A DNA stretch of 64,000 nt from an uncultured delta proteobacterium (GTDB lineage: Bacteria; Myxococcota; B64-G9): assembly GCA_963754925.1 (NCBI GenBank), contig CAVWHX010000004.1, forward strand, positions 96,001 to 160,000, given 5' to 3'. A program made the translations under genes and the position numbers. Below, piece by piece: positions 33,271 to 45,483 of the stretch (position 1 is its first letter; each line of letters starts with the position of its first letter). A model generated the notes under the pieces. The model saw only the letters and a program-made list of their open reading frames with translations. It did no database searches and was not told the origin of the DNA.

Positions 33271-34959
33271 ATGCAGAGCATTTTTTGGGGCATCATCTTA
33301 ATTGGAATATTGATCTTTGCACATGAACTCGGTCACTTCTTGTTCGCCAAGCTCTTCAAGGTAACGGTATTGACCTTCAGCCTGGGCTTTGGCGGGCCGA
33401 TTCGCATCGGTAATCTAAAGCTGTCCGTTCAATGGGGCGACACCGAATACCGCATTGCCTGGTTTCCGATAGGCGGCTTGGTGCGCATGCTGGGTGATGA
33501 AACAACTGAACAGGTGCCGGAAGCGGACCGCGGCCGATCTTTTCTGGCTCAGCCGCTCTACAAACGTTTCCTGATCATTCTCGCGGGGCCTCTCTTTTCG
33601 GTGCTGCTGGCCCTGCCGATTTTCTTCGTCCAAAGCGTATCCCAGGGCCTTGCGCCGTCGCCTATGATTGGCATGGTTGTTCCCGGGTCGCCCGCTGCGG
33701 CGGCAGGTATTCGTCCGGATGATTTCGTAGTTTCGATCTCCGGCAAGCGGGTTGAAACCTGGGAAGATGTTGAAGACGGGATTAACTCCTCTCACGGTAT
33801 GCCGGTGGCTCTTGAAGTTATGCGCGGCGCGGAAACCGTTCGCACGCAGCTTGCCCCGGTTGAAGAGCTGGACGAAACCGGCCTCAACCTGCTCGGCGAA
33901 CGCTGGGACGTCGGCATACGCCACGAGCGTCAGGGAATCGTCCTGGGCGTCGTAACGCCGGATTCGCCAGCCGCTCAAGCTCACTTGAGCTTGGGGGACC
34001 GGGTGGTTTCTATTGCAGGGACATCGGTCAAGGATTGGTCGGACATAGCGGCGATCCTACTTCAGAAGGGCCTTCAGCCGATACCGCTGCAGGTGGTGCA
34101 CGATGACCCTATTCCGGTGGGTGCGGTCACCCTGCATATACCGGTGGTCGTTGAAACCACGGTCCATCCCCTTCCAGCGGAAGCAGCCCCGGCAGGGGTC
34201 TGGCGCACCCCGGAGGCGTACACCGGCATCGAGCCGAGCGATCTGTACATCGATGGCGTCATCGAAGGTTCGCCAGCCGCCACTCATGGTATTCAGCGCG
34301 GCGACAAGATCATGGCGGTCTTCGGCGCCCCGATCCAAAGTTGGGAACAGTTTTCCCGCGCCGTGGCGACACACCCGAAGGAAGAAATCCCGATCCAAAT
34401 ACGACACAACGGACAGCTGCGCGATATTCAATTCACGCCATCACCCATTAATCCATCCAACGGTTCTCAGCTGACGCCAACCCGGCTCGGTTTTGGCGTC
34501 GAGCACGAAGCCAACCTCCTCCCCGGACAAAGCATTCCGCGCCCGCACCGCCTGATGTATGGGCTTCGACAATCGATGATCATGACGGGCACGGCCGTCT
34601 ATATGAACGTGATGGGCTTTGTGCGCCTGTTCCAAGGACGAGTCGCGCCGAGCGAGGCCATTGGCGGGCCGATCATGATAATATCGATTGCCGGCGAGTC
34701 GGCTAAGAAGGGCATCGGGAACTTTTTAAATTTAATGGCGTTCATCAGCGTCTTGTTGGGGTTGCTGAATCTGTTACCAATCCCTATTTTGGACGGGGGG
34801 CAGATCGCTTTTATCGTTGCCGAGGCGGTCATGCGCCGCCCCCTTTCTCAGAAGACACGGATGGTGGCAAGTTACATAGGATTGGTGTTACTCATCACTT
34901 TGATGGCCTTTGCTTTTGCTTTCGACATCAACCGCTTTCTGCCGGGTATATTTAAGTAG
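33271..34959 (+). CDS. rseP: RIP metalloprotease RseP with three PDZ-like domains
   Basis: HELGH, AGP, NLLPIPILDGG; three repeats of the (G/D)SPA motif. Confidence 0.93.
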   Translation: MQSIFWGIILIGILIFAHELGHFLFAKLFKVTVLTFSLGFGGPIRIGNLKLSVQWGDTEYRIAWFPIGGLVRMLGDETTEQVPEADRGRSFLAQPLYKRFLIILAGPLFSVLLALPIFFVQSVSQGLAPSPMIGMVVPGSPAAAAGIRPDDFVVSISGKRVETWEDVEDGINSSHGMPVALEVMRGAETVRTQLAPVEELDETGLNLLGERWDVGIRHERQGIVLGVVTPDSPAAQAHLSLGDRVVSIAGTSVKDWSDIAAILLQKGLQPIPLQVVHDDPIPVGAVTLHIPVVVETTVHPLPAEAAPAGVWRTPEAYTGIEPSDLYIDGVIEGSPAATHGIQRGDKIMAVFGAPIQSWEQFSRAVATHPKEEIPIQIRHNGQLRDIQFTPSPINPSNGSQLTPTRLGFGVEHEANLLPGQSIPRPHRLMYGLRQSMIMTGTAVYMNVMGFVRLFQGRVAPSEAIGGPIMIISIAGESAKKGIGNFLNLMAFISVLLGLLNLLPIPILDGGQIAFIVAEAVMRRPLSQKTRMVASYIGLVLLITLMAFAFAFDINRFLPGIFK

Positions 34960-34968
34960 GATACCTCG

Positions 34969-35691
34969 GTGAACCTGCTTGCCCTGGATACCGCCACCGC
35001 CGTTACCTCGGTCGCGTTGCTCGCCGACCGGCGGGTGCTGTGTAGCCGCCTCGAACCGTCGAAAAGCCACTCGACCACGCTGTTGCCGATAATCGATGCG
35101 CTCCTCGGCCAGGTTGGCTGGGGGCGCCGCGCCGTCGAAGCGGTAGCGGTCGGCATTGGGCCGGGATCGTTCACCGGGGTGCGCATCGGCCTCACCGTGG
35201 CAAAGACCCTCTCCTATGCCTTGTCCGTTCCGCTCGTCGGTATTTCGAGCTTGCGCGCTCTGGCCGAGAATGCGCTCGCTCTCCCAACCGTTGATGGGCT
35301 TGAGGTTTGCCCAATCCTCGACGCACTTAAAAATGAAATCTACGCTGCGCGTTTCACCTTCGCCGGTTCGGCCGCAACCCTGACTGCCGCAACCGTCCTT
35401 GATGCCGAGGCCGCAACGCCGCCCGCACAATTCGCACAACGGCTTGCGGAAGGAACAGCACCGGTGGCGCTTTTGGGTAACGGCCTGACGCGCTACCGCG
35501 ACCTATTCGCCGATGCGCTCGGCGCCCGGGCCATTATCCCCGATGACCCACAGCTCCATCAGATCCAAGCTTCTGCAATCGGGTTGCTGGCCCTTCCGCG
35601 TTTGGCAGCCAACGATACCGACTCCCCGCACCGTCTGGAGCCGTTGTACTGCCGGCTGTCCGAGGCGGAGCTCGCTCGAATGAAGACGTGA
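34969..35691 (+). CDS. tsaB: tRNA threonylcarbamoyladenosine biosynthesis protein TsaB
   Basis: LALDTAT, GPGSFTGVRIG, EPLY.R.SEAE. Confidence 0.95.
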   Translation: MNLLALDTATAVTSVALLADRRVLCSRLEPSKSHSTTLLPIIDALLGQVGWGRRAVEAVAVGIGPGSFTGVRIGLTVAKTLSYALSVPLVGISSLRALAENALALPTVDGLEVCPILDALKNEIYAARFTFAGSAATLTAATVLDAEAATPPAQFAQRLAEGTAPVALLGNGLTRYRDLFADALGARAIIPDDPQLHQIQASAIGLLALPRLAANDTDSPHRLEPLYCRLSEAELARMKT

Positions 35692-35719
35692 TTGTATTCC
35701 GCTTGGAACGAATCCGCGC

Positions 35720-36484
35720 TTACCCTTCCATCATTTTCCTGACCATCTCCAGCGCGGTCCTTGTCTGTGGCTCGAAGAAGACCTTGAAGTTCGAGCGCCA
35801 GTCTGTTTCCTTGAGGTATTTTCTCATTCTCTCGGCTGCAGGAAACCTCAGGCCTTGTTTGAGATTCATAAAGGCGCGGCCGGGGTTGTCTATCCAGGTC
35901 GTGATGATCTCTTTTGCCCGGGGAATGAGTTGCTCATCCGTAACCAGCTCATCGACCAAACCGAGCGCCTGCGCTTTTTCAATAGTGTGTCGTTCGCCGA
36001 AATACATGACCTCCTGAAACTTTTTATTGCCGTCAAGACCGAATCTCATGATCTCCGTCTGCACCACCGAAAGGCCGAGGCCGATTTTAATCTCGCTCAT
36101 ACCGATCTGAATCTTTGGATGGTTTTTGCACACGCGATAATCGGACGCCATGGCCAGAATGAGCCCGCCGGCCATGGCCGCTCCGTTGATCGCCGCCACA
36201 ACGGGCTTTTTGCACATGAAAAAATCTATGAATATGTCTTCGGCCTCTTCAAAAAACGCCAGTACCTCTTTGAGATCCTTGAAGCCCAAAAACATCGGCA
36301 GATCAAAACCCGAGCAGAATACCCTGGCGGCGCCGGTCAGGATCAGCCCTTTTATCTCGTCGACCTCATTTACTTTCTTGATAATTGCGCTCAGCTGTTT
36401 GAGCGAATCGTGGGTTATGGAGTTGAATTTTCCGTTATCGAACGTTGCAATAATGATGTTGTCTTCCATTCTCTCATTGATCAT
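35720..36484 (-). CDS. Enoyl-CoA hydratase/isomerase family protein
   Basis: FCSGFDL, PVVAAINGAAMAGG, SEIKIG; AT-richer than its neighbours. Confidence 0.9.
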   Translation of the reverse strand: MINERMEDNIIIATFDNGKFNSITHDSLKQLSAIIKKVNEVDEIKGLILTGAARVFCSGFDLPMFLGFKDLKEVLAFFEEAEDIFIDFFMCKKPVVAAINGAAMAGGLILAMASDYRVCKNHPKIQIGMSEIKIGLGLSVVQTEIMRFGLDGNKKFQEVMYFGERHTIEKAQALGLVDELVTDEQLIPRAKEIITTWIDNPGRAFMNLKQGLRFPAAERMRKYLKETDWRSNFKVFFEPQTRTALEMVRKMMEG

Positions 36485-36552
36485 GGGCAGCTCCTAATCT
36501 ATGAAATTCACGACCGTACGTATCACATAAAAGCCTAAGAGTAACCTCCCAC

Positions 36553-38016
36553 CTATGTGAACATCGCCTTGACGAACGCCTCGGGCTCGAACGGCCGCAG
36601 ATCATCGACGTGCTCGCCTATGCCGATGAAACGCACGGGAATGCCGAAGGTGTCGCATATGCCGATGATGACCCCGCCCTTGGCGGTTCCATCGAGTTTG
36701 GTGAGTACGATACCGGTGAGGTTAAGCGTCTCGTGGAACTGCTTGGCCTGATTGATGGCGTTTTGGCCGGTGGTGGCGTCGAGCACCAGGAACACCTCGT
36801 GGGGCGCGCCCGGGAGCGCCTTGCCGCAGACGCGCTGCACCTTGCGCAGCTCCTCGACCAGGTTTACCTTGGTGTGCAACCGGCCGGCCGTGTCGGCGAT
36901 CACCATATCGGCACCCTGGCTCTTGGCCGCGCTGATCGCGTCGAAGATCACCGCTCCGGGATCCGCGCCTTCTTGCCCACGAATGACCTGGGCCTTGGCG
37001 CGCTTGCCCCAGATATCAAGTTGCTCTTCGGCCGCGGCCCGGAACGTGTCACCGGCCGCAAGGATCACCTTCTTTCCTTCCTGGGTGTAGCGCTGGGCCA
37101 GTTTGCCGATGGTGGTGGTTTTCCCCGTGCCATTTACCCCAACCACCAGAATTACCAATGGCTTCGCCTTGGCTATGTCCAAGGGAGGCGCCTTGACCTC
37201 GAGCATGCTGCGGATCTTGCCCTGAAGGGCGGTAAACAGCATTGCGGTGTCAGAGCGCTCCCTCTGGTCGAGCTCGTTCTGCAGAAAATCAATCAGGCGT
37301 TGCGAGGTACGCGGTCCGATATCGGCGGTAAAAAGGATTTCCTCAAGTTCCTCAACCACCGATTCACTGAGCGCCCCGCGGCTAAACAGCCGGCTCAAGG
37401 AGGACACAAAGCCCTCACGGCGGGTTTTCTGCAAACCATCCTCAAGGCTGTGGGGGCCAACATCGGGCGAAGGCCTGTGCTCCGGCTCTCGCGTGGGGGC
37501 TTCTTTCGGCTGAGGCTCGGGTGCCGCGGTCGGCGGTGCGGCGCCGGGAGGGGGCTTCTGCGGCGCCGGGGGCGGTTCAACCGACGGCGGCGGCACCAGT
37601 TTGAGGACCGGTTGTTGCGGCGAGCGCTGCTTGACAACCGGCTGTTCATCGCGCCGCTTGCGCGCCCGTTCCAGAAGTTCGGTTTGCAGATCCACTTCGG
37701 GCCGACCCGGTTCCTCGTCTTCCCCTTCCCCGGTAGCACCTTCTGCTTCTTCCGAATCCTGATCGCTGGTTCGTCGGCGCGCCTCGACCCACAGCCGAGC
37801 AGACTCCGCAGCCTCTTGTTGTTCTTCTTCGATGCCGCCCAAGCGACCCTTGCTCGAGAGCAACTTTTTACGAACGGCCGCGATGATAAGCCAGCCAAAC
37901 AACACCGCCACCGCACCCGCTACAACGGCACCAACCATGCCGCCATCGTCCGCGCCGGCGGTCGCTGCGCCGGCTCCCCAAACGGCTCGCAGCAATGGAT
38001 CAAGAAAAGAAATCAT
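36553..38016 (-). CDS. ftsY: SRP receptor FtsY with N-terminal TM and Pro/Glu-rich linker
   Basis: GVNGTGKTTT, DTFRAAA, DTAGR, TKLDGTAKGG. Confidence 0.96.
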   Translation of the reverse strand: MISFLDPLLRAVWGAGAATAGADDGGMVGAVVAGAVAVLFGWLIIAAVRKKLLSSKGRLGGIEEEQQEAAESARLWVEARRRTSDQDSEEAEGATGEGEDEEPGRPEVDLQTELLERARKRRDEQPVVKQRSPQQPVLKLVPPPSVEPPPAPQKPPPGAAPPTAAPEPQPKEAPTREPEHRPSPDVGPHSLEDGLQKTRREGFVSSLSRLFSRGALSESVVEELEEILFTADIGPRTSQRLIDFLQNELDQRERSDTAMLFTALQGKIRSMLEVKAPPLDIAKAKPLVILVVGVNGTGKTTTIGKLAQRYTQEGKKVILAAGDTFRAAAEEQLDIWGKRAKAQVIRGQEGADPGAVIFDAISAAKSQGADMVIADTAGRLHTKVNLVEELRKVQRVCGKALPGAPHEVFLVLDATTGQNAINQAKQFHETLNLTGIVLTKLDGTAKGGVIIGICDTFGIPVRFIGIGEHVDDLRPFEPEAFVKAMFT

Positions 38017-38036
38017 CGTGGATCGCCTCGGAGATG

Positions 38037-41000
38037 CTAGCGTGCCGCTTGCCGGGAGGGTTCTTCTTGACTCTTGAGTTGTATGGTGACCACGGTCGAG
38101 ATGCCGGGCTCTTCCATAGTAATGCCGTAGAGCCGGTCGAGCATCTCCATGGTGCGCTTGCTATGGGTGATCAGGATAAACTGGCTGCCTGCACTCATCT
38201 CCCGCACCATCGCGTTGAAGCGGTCGATGTTGACGTCGTCGAGCGGCGCATCGACTTCATCGAGCAAACAAAACGGCGTCGGCTTAATTAAAAAGATCGC
38301 GAAGAGCAACGCCACTGCGGTCAGCGCCTTCTCACCGCCGGAAAGTAGGTCGATGCTCTGGAGCTTTTTACCCGGGGGTTGGGATACAATGTGCACGCCC
38401 GCTTCAAGAACATCCTCGGCTTCTTCGAGCGTCAAGTACGCTCTGCCGCCGTTGAACAAGCGCGGGAAGACCTCCTGGAATTTGGCGTTGATCGCCTCGA
38501 AGGCCTCGGCAAATCGCGCGCGGCTGGTACGATTGATCTTCTGGATTACCTTCTGTAGTTTTTGAAGCGAGTCGTTGAGGTCCTGACTCTGCGTGTTGAG
38601 AAACTCGTAGCGTTTCAAAAGCTCCTCGTACGCCTCGACCGCATTGGGATTCACCTCGCCTAAGCGTTCGATTTCCGTACGGAGTTTATCGGCTCGGGCG
38701 AGGGTGTCGGGAGTCGGCGTCGGCAGGAGATGATAGGCCAGCAAACAGCTCTCAATTTCGCATTTGTTGCGCCGTAGGACGTCTTCCTGCAGGTGTTTGC
38801 ATTCGAGTTCAATCTCGTGGAGCCGCAGGACGGCCTCGTTCAGCTCGCGCGTGACCCGATCCAGGCTGTGGCGGAGCTCCTTGAGCTGGCTTTCATCGGC
38901 ATGAACCTGCGCCAGGAGTTCTTCATACGCCGAGCGCAACTGCGATAATTCGCCCTGCTGTTGTTCGCGCTGGGTGAGCAAGTGCGAGATTTCCCGGCGG
39001 CTTTCTTCGATACGCTCCTTGGCTTGAACTGACTGCTGGTTGCAGGCGATGACGTCGGCGCGTAGCTTTTCAATACGCTGTTCGAGATCCATGCGGGTGC
39101 CGGAAAGGTGTTCGAGGCTCTGTCCGGCGGCCTCGAGTTTCTCGCGGCTTTGCGCGTGTTGAACCTTGAGCTCGATCACATCCTGACTCAATAGAGCCTG
39201 GCAGCGTTTTTCCTCATCGAGCGCACCCCGACAGGTGCGAATGTTTTCGTCAAGCTCATGCTGGCGCACGCTGGCTTTCGCGAGCAGCTCGCGGCTGCGC
39301 CGCTGATCGTGCTGAACGCTCTCGATTTCGTGGCGAAGTTTCTGGCAGCTGAAATTGATCTCTTCGAGTCGCGCGGAGAACAGGCCTACCTGATCGGTTA
39401 GGTGATTCAGGTCTTTCTGGTGGTCGACGATGCGCAGCTCCTCGTCGTGCGAGTTTTGCTGGAGGGTGCCGATTTCCGCCGTGAGCTGTGCGACCTGCGC
39501 TTTAAGCTGTCCGCAGAGTTCTTTTGATATGACCGATTCAGCATCGAGATCCTGCAGGAGATCCTGCAGCTCCCGTATCTCGCGCTTGTTCTCGAGCAGG
39601 TGGGTGGCCGGACCTTCGAGCGAACCGCCGGTGAGCACCCCCTGCGGTTCCAGAACGTCGCCTTCGAGTGTCACCAGGGTGGCTTTATGCCCGTTGGCCT
39701 GCCAAACCGCCAGGGCGGCGGGCAGATCTTCGACCACCACCACATCACCCATCAGATAGTGCAAGACGTTGTCATATTGAGGCTCATACGAAATCAAACC
39801 CTGCAGCGGACCGATAACACCGGGTCCATGAACCGCCGAGAGATCGGTGTCCTCAGCCTCTCGTAACGATAACGGGATGAACGACGAGCGCCCTTCGGCG
39901 GCTTTCTTGAGGTAGTCCACCGACGCAAAGCCAACTTCCTGCGAGCGCACCACCACACTCTGCAACCGATCCCCCAACACCGCCTGCACCGCCGTCTCGT
40001 AGCGCGACGGCGCTTGCAGTATGTCGGCCACCAAACCGACCACGGGCGCCTGATCCTCCTCCACGCGCGCGTTTTTCATCACCCAACGCACCCCGCTCAG
40101 GCAACCGGCATAGGTGCGTTCGAGTTCCTGCAAAGACTCGAGCCGGGAGCGCCGGTGGCCGATCTCATCGCGCAGCGATAGGCTCTTGGCTTCGACCATG
40201 GCGAGCTGGGCTTGGAGTTCGCTGAGCGAATTCTCCTGCACCGAGCGCCGCTCGACCAGCGATTGGTGCATTTGGCGCAGTTGGCTGAGACTCTCGCTCT
40301 CGGACCCTTTCTTCTGCTGGGCTTCAGACAAGCGCTGCTGCACCGCGGCGCGTTCACCTTCGGCCTGGGCATAACGCCCCTCCAGATCGATCAGCCGCTG
40401 ATCCAAATGAGTCAATCGGCTTTTATGACCGGCGGCTTCCTCACCCAGGGTGGCTTGCTCCTGGCGCTGCAGTTCAATTTCCGCGGCGAGCTGATTAACC
40501 TTTTGACCCTGCTTTTGCAAATCCTCTTCGCGTTCACGCAGGCGTATATCGGCGCTCGCAGCCACTTCGCGTTGCGTGGCGAACCCTTCCTGCGCCGCCG
40601 CAACCTCGTTGGCAAGCCCGGCCAACTTGGCACGCAGATCCTCTATCTCCAGGGCTGATTGCCGCGAACGTCCCCCCTGCGCGTCAAGCTCCTTGCTCGA
40701 GAAACTCGATGTTCTTCTCGTTGAGGTTTACCTGATTGTCGGTGGCAAAAAGCGCTTCCTGGCGCGTTGAAAGGACGCGGTCATCATCGAGCAACTTCGT
40801 CCGACGCTCCTCCAGCGAAACCTCCAGGCGGGCCTGTTGGCTCTGGCGCTCGGTCTGCTCGGTGGACAACCGCTGCTGCTGCTGTTGGAGATAGCGCTGC
40901 GCGGCCGCAAGCTCGAGAAATTTATGGGTCGCAACATGCAACTCGATCTCGTACAACTGGTCGCGCAACTTGCGATAGCGGGCGGCCTTTCGAGCCTGGC

Positions 41001-41628
41001 GTTGGAGGGAATCGATGTTCCGTTTTATCTCGATGATAACGTCGGTAACCCGCAGGAGGTTTTGTTGGGTCTGCTCCATTTTGCGTTCGGCGATCTTCTT
41101 GCGGGCTTTATACTTGCTGATACCGGCGGCTTCCTCGATCAACGCCCGGCGTTCCTGGGGCTTCTGACTGACCAGCAGACCCACTTGACCCTGACCAATG
41201 ATCGAGTACGCGTGGGTGCCGACGCCGGTGCCCAAAAACAAGTCCTGGACATCAAGCAATCGGCAGGGGGTGCGGTTGATTGAATACTCGCTCTCGCCTG
41301 AGCGAAACAACCTCCTGCCAGCGGTAATCTCGGGGTAGGCGGCGTACTCGGGCGGGACGTTGCGGCCGTCGTTCTCGAACGTGATAAAGACTTCGGCCAT
41401 GCCGAGCGGCGGCCGGCTCTCGCTGCCGGCAAAGATGACTTCCTCCATAATTTTGGCGCGGAGGCTGCGGGGGTTTTGCTCGCCCATGACCCAGCGGATG
41501 GCGTCCACGATGTTGCTCTTGCCACAGCCGTTTGGCCCGACGATACCGGTGATACAATCGTCAAAACGTAATTTGGTTCGCTCGATGAAAGATTTAAACC
41601 CGATTATCTCCAGGCGACGTATTTTCAA
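38037..41628 (-). CDS. smc: Chromosome segregation protein SMC, one-base indel near 40698
   Basis: GFKSF, GPNGCGKSN N-terminus; hinge; LSGGEK, LDEVDAPLD, ITH C-terminus; frames join as ...IEFL/SKELDAQ... Confidence 0.95.
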
Positions 41629-41731
41629 CGAGACACCCCTCGGTGGACCAATCCCTGTGCCAAGGTTCCAACAAACAAACCATGCTTGCGTTCAAGTAAC
41701 ATTTTGATTGAAAGAAGTAAAGGGCTAGTCT

Positions 41732-42574
41732 TCACTCGATATCTCGTCGGCTCGCGTTGCCGAGGAACTCTTTGAACAGCGCATGGGTCCTCAACCCATC
41801 GAACATGGAATCATCCAAGAGCCAGTTCTGAACTTTTTTAAGATCTATCGCCGCCGCCTTATGCAATTGGGCAAGCGCCAGGTCGATCTCGCCGCGATTG
41901 GCATGAATAGCGGCCAGGTTATAATGCGCGTGCAGATTGTCCGGCTGGCGCTTGAGGACCGTGGTCAGAATCGTCATGGCCTGATCGTAGAACCCGGCCT
42001 GGATAAAGGCCATGGCGAGATCGGTTTCAATCTCTGCTTCCTTCGGGAGGCTCACGAGTGCCAGCTTCAGTCGCTTGATGGCCTCGTGGATTTGACCGTG
42101 GTCCATTAAAAAAATACCGAATTCGTGGTTGGCGAAGGGATCGTCCGGTTCGAGCGCCAGCGCCGCTTTAAACATCTGTTCAGCTTCGCGATACTCTCCG
42201 CGATCCGCGTAGGTACAGGCGAGTTGGATGAGTATGTCGAGCCCTTCGGGGTCTTGATTGAGCGCGGTCTGCAGTTCGCCAAGAGCGAGGGCCGAACCGC
42301 ATTGAGAGAGAAGAACCCCTAAATGGTAATGCGTCGTCGGATCCTCGGGCGCGAGGCGGACCGCGGCAAGGAGATCTTCGAGCGCATCCAGGCTGCGGCC
42401 CTGCTCAAGGTACACGCTCGCCCGGTTGATGCGCGGGAAGGGCGAGCTTCGATCCAGATCGATGGCGCGTCCGAATTCGCGCAGCGCTTCTTCCAGCCAG
42501 CCGCGGTTGGCTAATTCGATCCCGCGCTGATTCAAGGTTTCACTGCTGCCCGTGCGATTTGATTCGTTACGCAT
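41732..42574 (-). CDS. Tetratricopeptide repeat protein
   Basis: Consecutive TPR-like 34-aa helical repeats. Confidence 0.85.
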   Translation of the reverse strand: MRNESNRTGSSETLNQRGIELANRGWLEEALREFGRAIDLDRSSPFPRINRASVYLEQGRSLDALEDLLAAVRLAPEDPTTHYHLGVLLSQCGSALALGELQTALNQDPEGLDILIQLACTYADRGEYREAEQMFKAALALEPDDPFANHEFGIFLMDHGQIHEAIKRLKLALVSLPKEAEIETDLAMAFIQAGFYDQAMTILTTVLKRQPDNLHAHYNLAAIHANRGEIDLALAQLHKAAAIDLKKVQNWLLDDSMFDGLRTHALFKEFLGNASRRDIE

Positions 42575-42690
42575 CGTGCAGGACTATACTGCGGGATGGT
42601 CGAAGAATCAAGAGACACTTTTTCTTGTAAATCCTGAAGGTTCTTTTAATCAAAATCGTGGTACTGGCCGAGGAGAACTACAAATACTTT

Positions 42691-44020
42691 TTACTGCCGT
42701 TCGGTCCGTTTCAACGATCCGATGATAACCGCCGCGATGACATTAAGCGCTATAAATACCAGATACGCTGAATCATACGATCCGGTAAGGTCGAAGCTCA
42801 TCCCCATAATCGGGTATCCGATGCAATCGATGCCGACGACAATCCCGATATACCGGGCCACGGTAGGATACGTATCCCGCCCGTAGAAGTCGGCGATGAT
42901 TACCGGCTGGGTGGAAACCACTCCTCCCATGGCGAAACCATACATCACTATGAATAGTATGACCGCGGCCAGGGAACCGTGAATGATCCCTATGCCCAAT
43001 CCGACGGCGTTTAGCAGCAGCAACACGGTTACGACCGTGCGGGAGGGAAATTTGTCACAAAGATACGCCCAGGCATATTTCCCGACCGCGCCCACGAGCG
43101 CCGTGGCCGCCATAAGTTTCATCGCTGTATCGCCGTCAAAGCCGACGTCGCCGAACCGGGGCTTGAGCTGAAACATCACGCCCAAGACCGATGTCATGCT
43201 GAGGCCGTAGGCGACGCCGATCTTCCAGAACGACCGGTTCCGCACGACCATCGGAAGGGTCCAGTGCACCGTGACGTTATTCTGCGAATACGACTGCTCT
43301 CGGTTATGAAACGGGCCCTCGTCGTATACAACGCCCGATTCATGAACGGCGCCATCCGGCAGAAGGCCATAATCCTCGGGCCGGGTCCGTATGGCGGCGA
43401 AGGACAGCGGGGCGACCGCAATAATAGCTACACTGATCCATAAAAACGCGTAAAACAGGCCGCTCGTTTGAATAATCGCGTGGGCCGCGGCCGGCAAAAT
43501 CACGCCGGCCACCGAAACGCCTGCGGTCGCGAGACCGAGCGCATTGCCCCTCCTGAGCACGAACCAGTTGCCGACGGCCGTTGCCGTCACGATCCCGCTC
43601 ATGCCGCTGACGCCGAAGAAAAAGGAGCATAAACAAAACGTAGAACACCGGCAGGTCCGTCGCCACGCCCAGGAGACAAAAAGAAACTGCGGCAATGACC
43701 GAACCGCAGATCATGAGGATGCGCGGACCGACGCGCGCCACCATGGTCCCATAAAAAAGCACGCCGAAAAGATTGACGACATAGCCCAGCATCGGTGCGA
43801 TATTTATTTGGGCGCGCGTCCATCCCCTCGTCTCGCAAAGCGGTTCGATGAACGCGTTGAATATGTAGAAAGCGGTCCCCGACCCCAGGAAATTCGCGAT
43901 GAAGGCGACCGCCACGATAAACCAACCGTAATAAATCCCAGTCCCACCCGGTCCAAATCTCATCACACTTGGTTGAACAAGTATTTTTTGGGGCTTTGAT
44001 AGCTTTGTTGTCGTGGTCAA
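42691..44020 (-). CDS. MFS transporter, frameshift in an A/T run near 43620
   Basis: YYGWFIV, GWTRAQ, NWF..RRG.ALG, ADFYGR; the two halves join across the homopolymer. Confidence 0.85.
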
Positions 44021-44191
44021 CGTTGCTCACACATCGTATTACGACTGGTATATTAATTTGACGCCGGGAACTAGTCGTCTCACCTGAAACGGGAATCTGC
44101 ATCATATCACTTGTTCAGGTCGTCAAGAATCGAAATTCAATGTATGTGTGACGGGATTGAAAGTTAGCGGGTTGCTCGCGAGAAAATCAGG

Positions 44192-45379
44192 TTAGGGGCA
44201 GCTTCTTGGTGCAGTCACACCCCAAATTCGATCATTTAGGAAGCTCAGGGCATTCGATGCCCCGTTATATTCGCCTAAAATGTGATCGCTGAGGGATACC
44301 GTTGCAAATACCGTTTTCACACCCATGCTGCAGTAGGTCGCGTGCAGGGTTTGGGCCTGGCCGATGGGAACGACCTCGTCGAGATCGGCGTGGTATTGAT
44401 AGTAGGGCACCGGCTGGACGAGAGTCCCTAGTTTTTGTTGCATGATGCGGGCGCCCCAGGCTGGCGTCTGGGTCGGATCGCTCGTGACGTATTCTGAGAA
44501 CGTTTGGAGGGCGAAGTCCAACACCCCGTCAATGTCACAGGTATTATTAGCAGTGGCAAAGGCAGCCGTGCCCGTGGCGTTCAGGTAGTTTTTCAGCTGC
44601 AGCTCGGGGTAGGCGGCATCCAGTCCCAGCATCGAGTACATGAAGAATGACATAAACAGGCTGCCGTTCAGGTAGTTGCCACAGATTACCGGGTCGGCGG
44701 GAACGCCGCCCGCGGCCACTCCCTTGAGTTTCAGCTCGGGCGCATAGCTGGGCTGCAGCTCGCCGGCCGCAGTCGCCGCCTGTCCACCCTCGGAATAGCC
44801 CCATATCACCACCGGAGCGCTGGTGCTCAGTCCTGCAGAGGACAAGCGCATCGCTGCGCGAACCACGTCGAGCACCGCATGGCCGTTGGAATTTCTGTTG
44901 GCGTAGGGGTGCGTGCCGGGCGTGCCGAGTCCCTGGTAGTCGGTTTGTGCTACGGCCCAGCCATTGTTGAGCGCGCTCTTGATGAGGGAGGCCTCAAGGT
45001 AGGCGCCGGTCGGCATGGTCACCGACGGTGCGCAGCGATCGGCCATGCCCTGGGTCTCGGGCGCGAAACCGAGTATCGGTCGGGGTCCAAGGAGCCACCA
45101 TGAGATGGGCACAAGCACCGTCCCCGAAACCTGGTCAGGATTGCCGAGCGCATCGGTCGATTGGTACACGATTTTCCATGCCTGAACCGTAAGATCCGGG
45201 AGACCCAAGATGAGATCAGTAGAGAAAAAGACGCCTTGTGACGAGATGATAGTCCCCGGACCGCTGGTAAGAGCTGCCACGTCGGTACCCGTGTCGACCC
45301 CATCGACTCCGCCCGTGTCGCAAGCGGCTGCTAAGAAACTCAACACCATTACACCCAGGACGTACTTGTTCTTTACCAT
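44192..45379 (-). CDS. Secretory lipase (LIP family) lipoprotein
   Basis: Lipobox LAAA-C; TQGMADRCAPS, DYQGLGTPG, GYSEGG nucleophile elbow, DEVVP, DH. Confidence 0.88.
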   Translation of the reverse strand: MVKNKYVLGVMVLSFLAAACDTGGVDGVDTGTDVAALTSGPGTIISSQGVFFSTDLILGLPDLTVQAWKIVYQSTDALGNPDQVSGTVLVPISWWLLGPRPILGFAPETQGMADRCAPSVTMPTGAYLEASLIKSALNNGWAVAQTDYQGLGTPGTHPYANRNSNGHAVLDVVRAAMRLSSAGLSTSAPVVIWGYSEGGQAATAAGELQPSYAPELKLKGVAAGGVPADPVICGNYLNGSLFMSFFMYSMLGLDAAYPELQLKNYLNATGTAAFATANNTCDIDGVLDFALQTFSEYVTSDPTQTPAWGARIMQQKLGTLVQPVPYYQYHADLDEVVPIGQAQTLHATYCSMGVKTVFATVSLSDHILGEYNGASNALSFLNDRIWGVTAPRSCP

Positions 45380-45467
45380 GTTCGTGACCTCCTTAATAAT
45401 AGGAAATATAAAAACATTTTAGATTCACACGCCAGTGCTTATAGTCTTCACAGTAACTATTAATTGA

Positions 45468-45483
45468 AGCAACACTCATGCCA
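45468..45483 (-). promoter_or_regulatory. Sigma-54 (-24/-12) promoter for the lipase gene
   Basis: Minus strand TGGCATGAGTGTTGCT, GG-N10-GC spacing, about 90 nt upstream of the ATG; adjacent AT-rich IHF-like tract. Confidence 0.7.

Noticed and set aside
36610..38040. Long antisense ORFs (476 aa here; also 19460-20473, 22744-23718, 12688-13608, 46937-47911)
   Set aside because: These are shadow ORFs opposite well-supported genes in GC-rich DNA, with no recognisable motifs.
40684..40686. Selenocysteine or readthrough at the TGA in smc (also the TGA at 60246 in the OYE gene)
   Set aside because: The downstream coding sequence is in a different frame, so these are indels and not in-frame stops.
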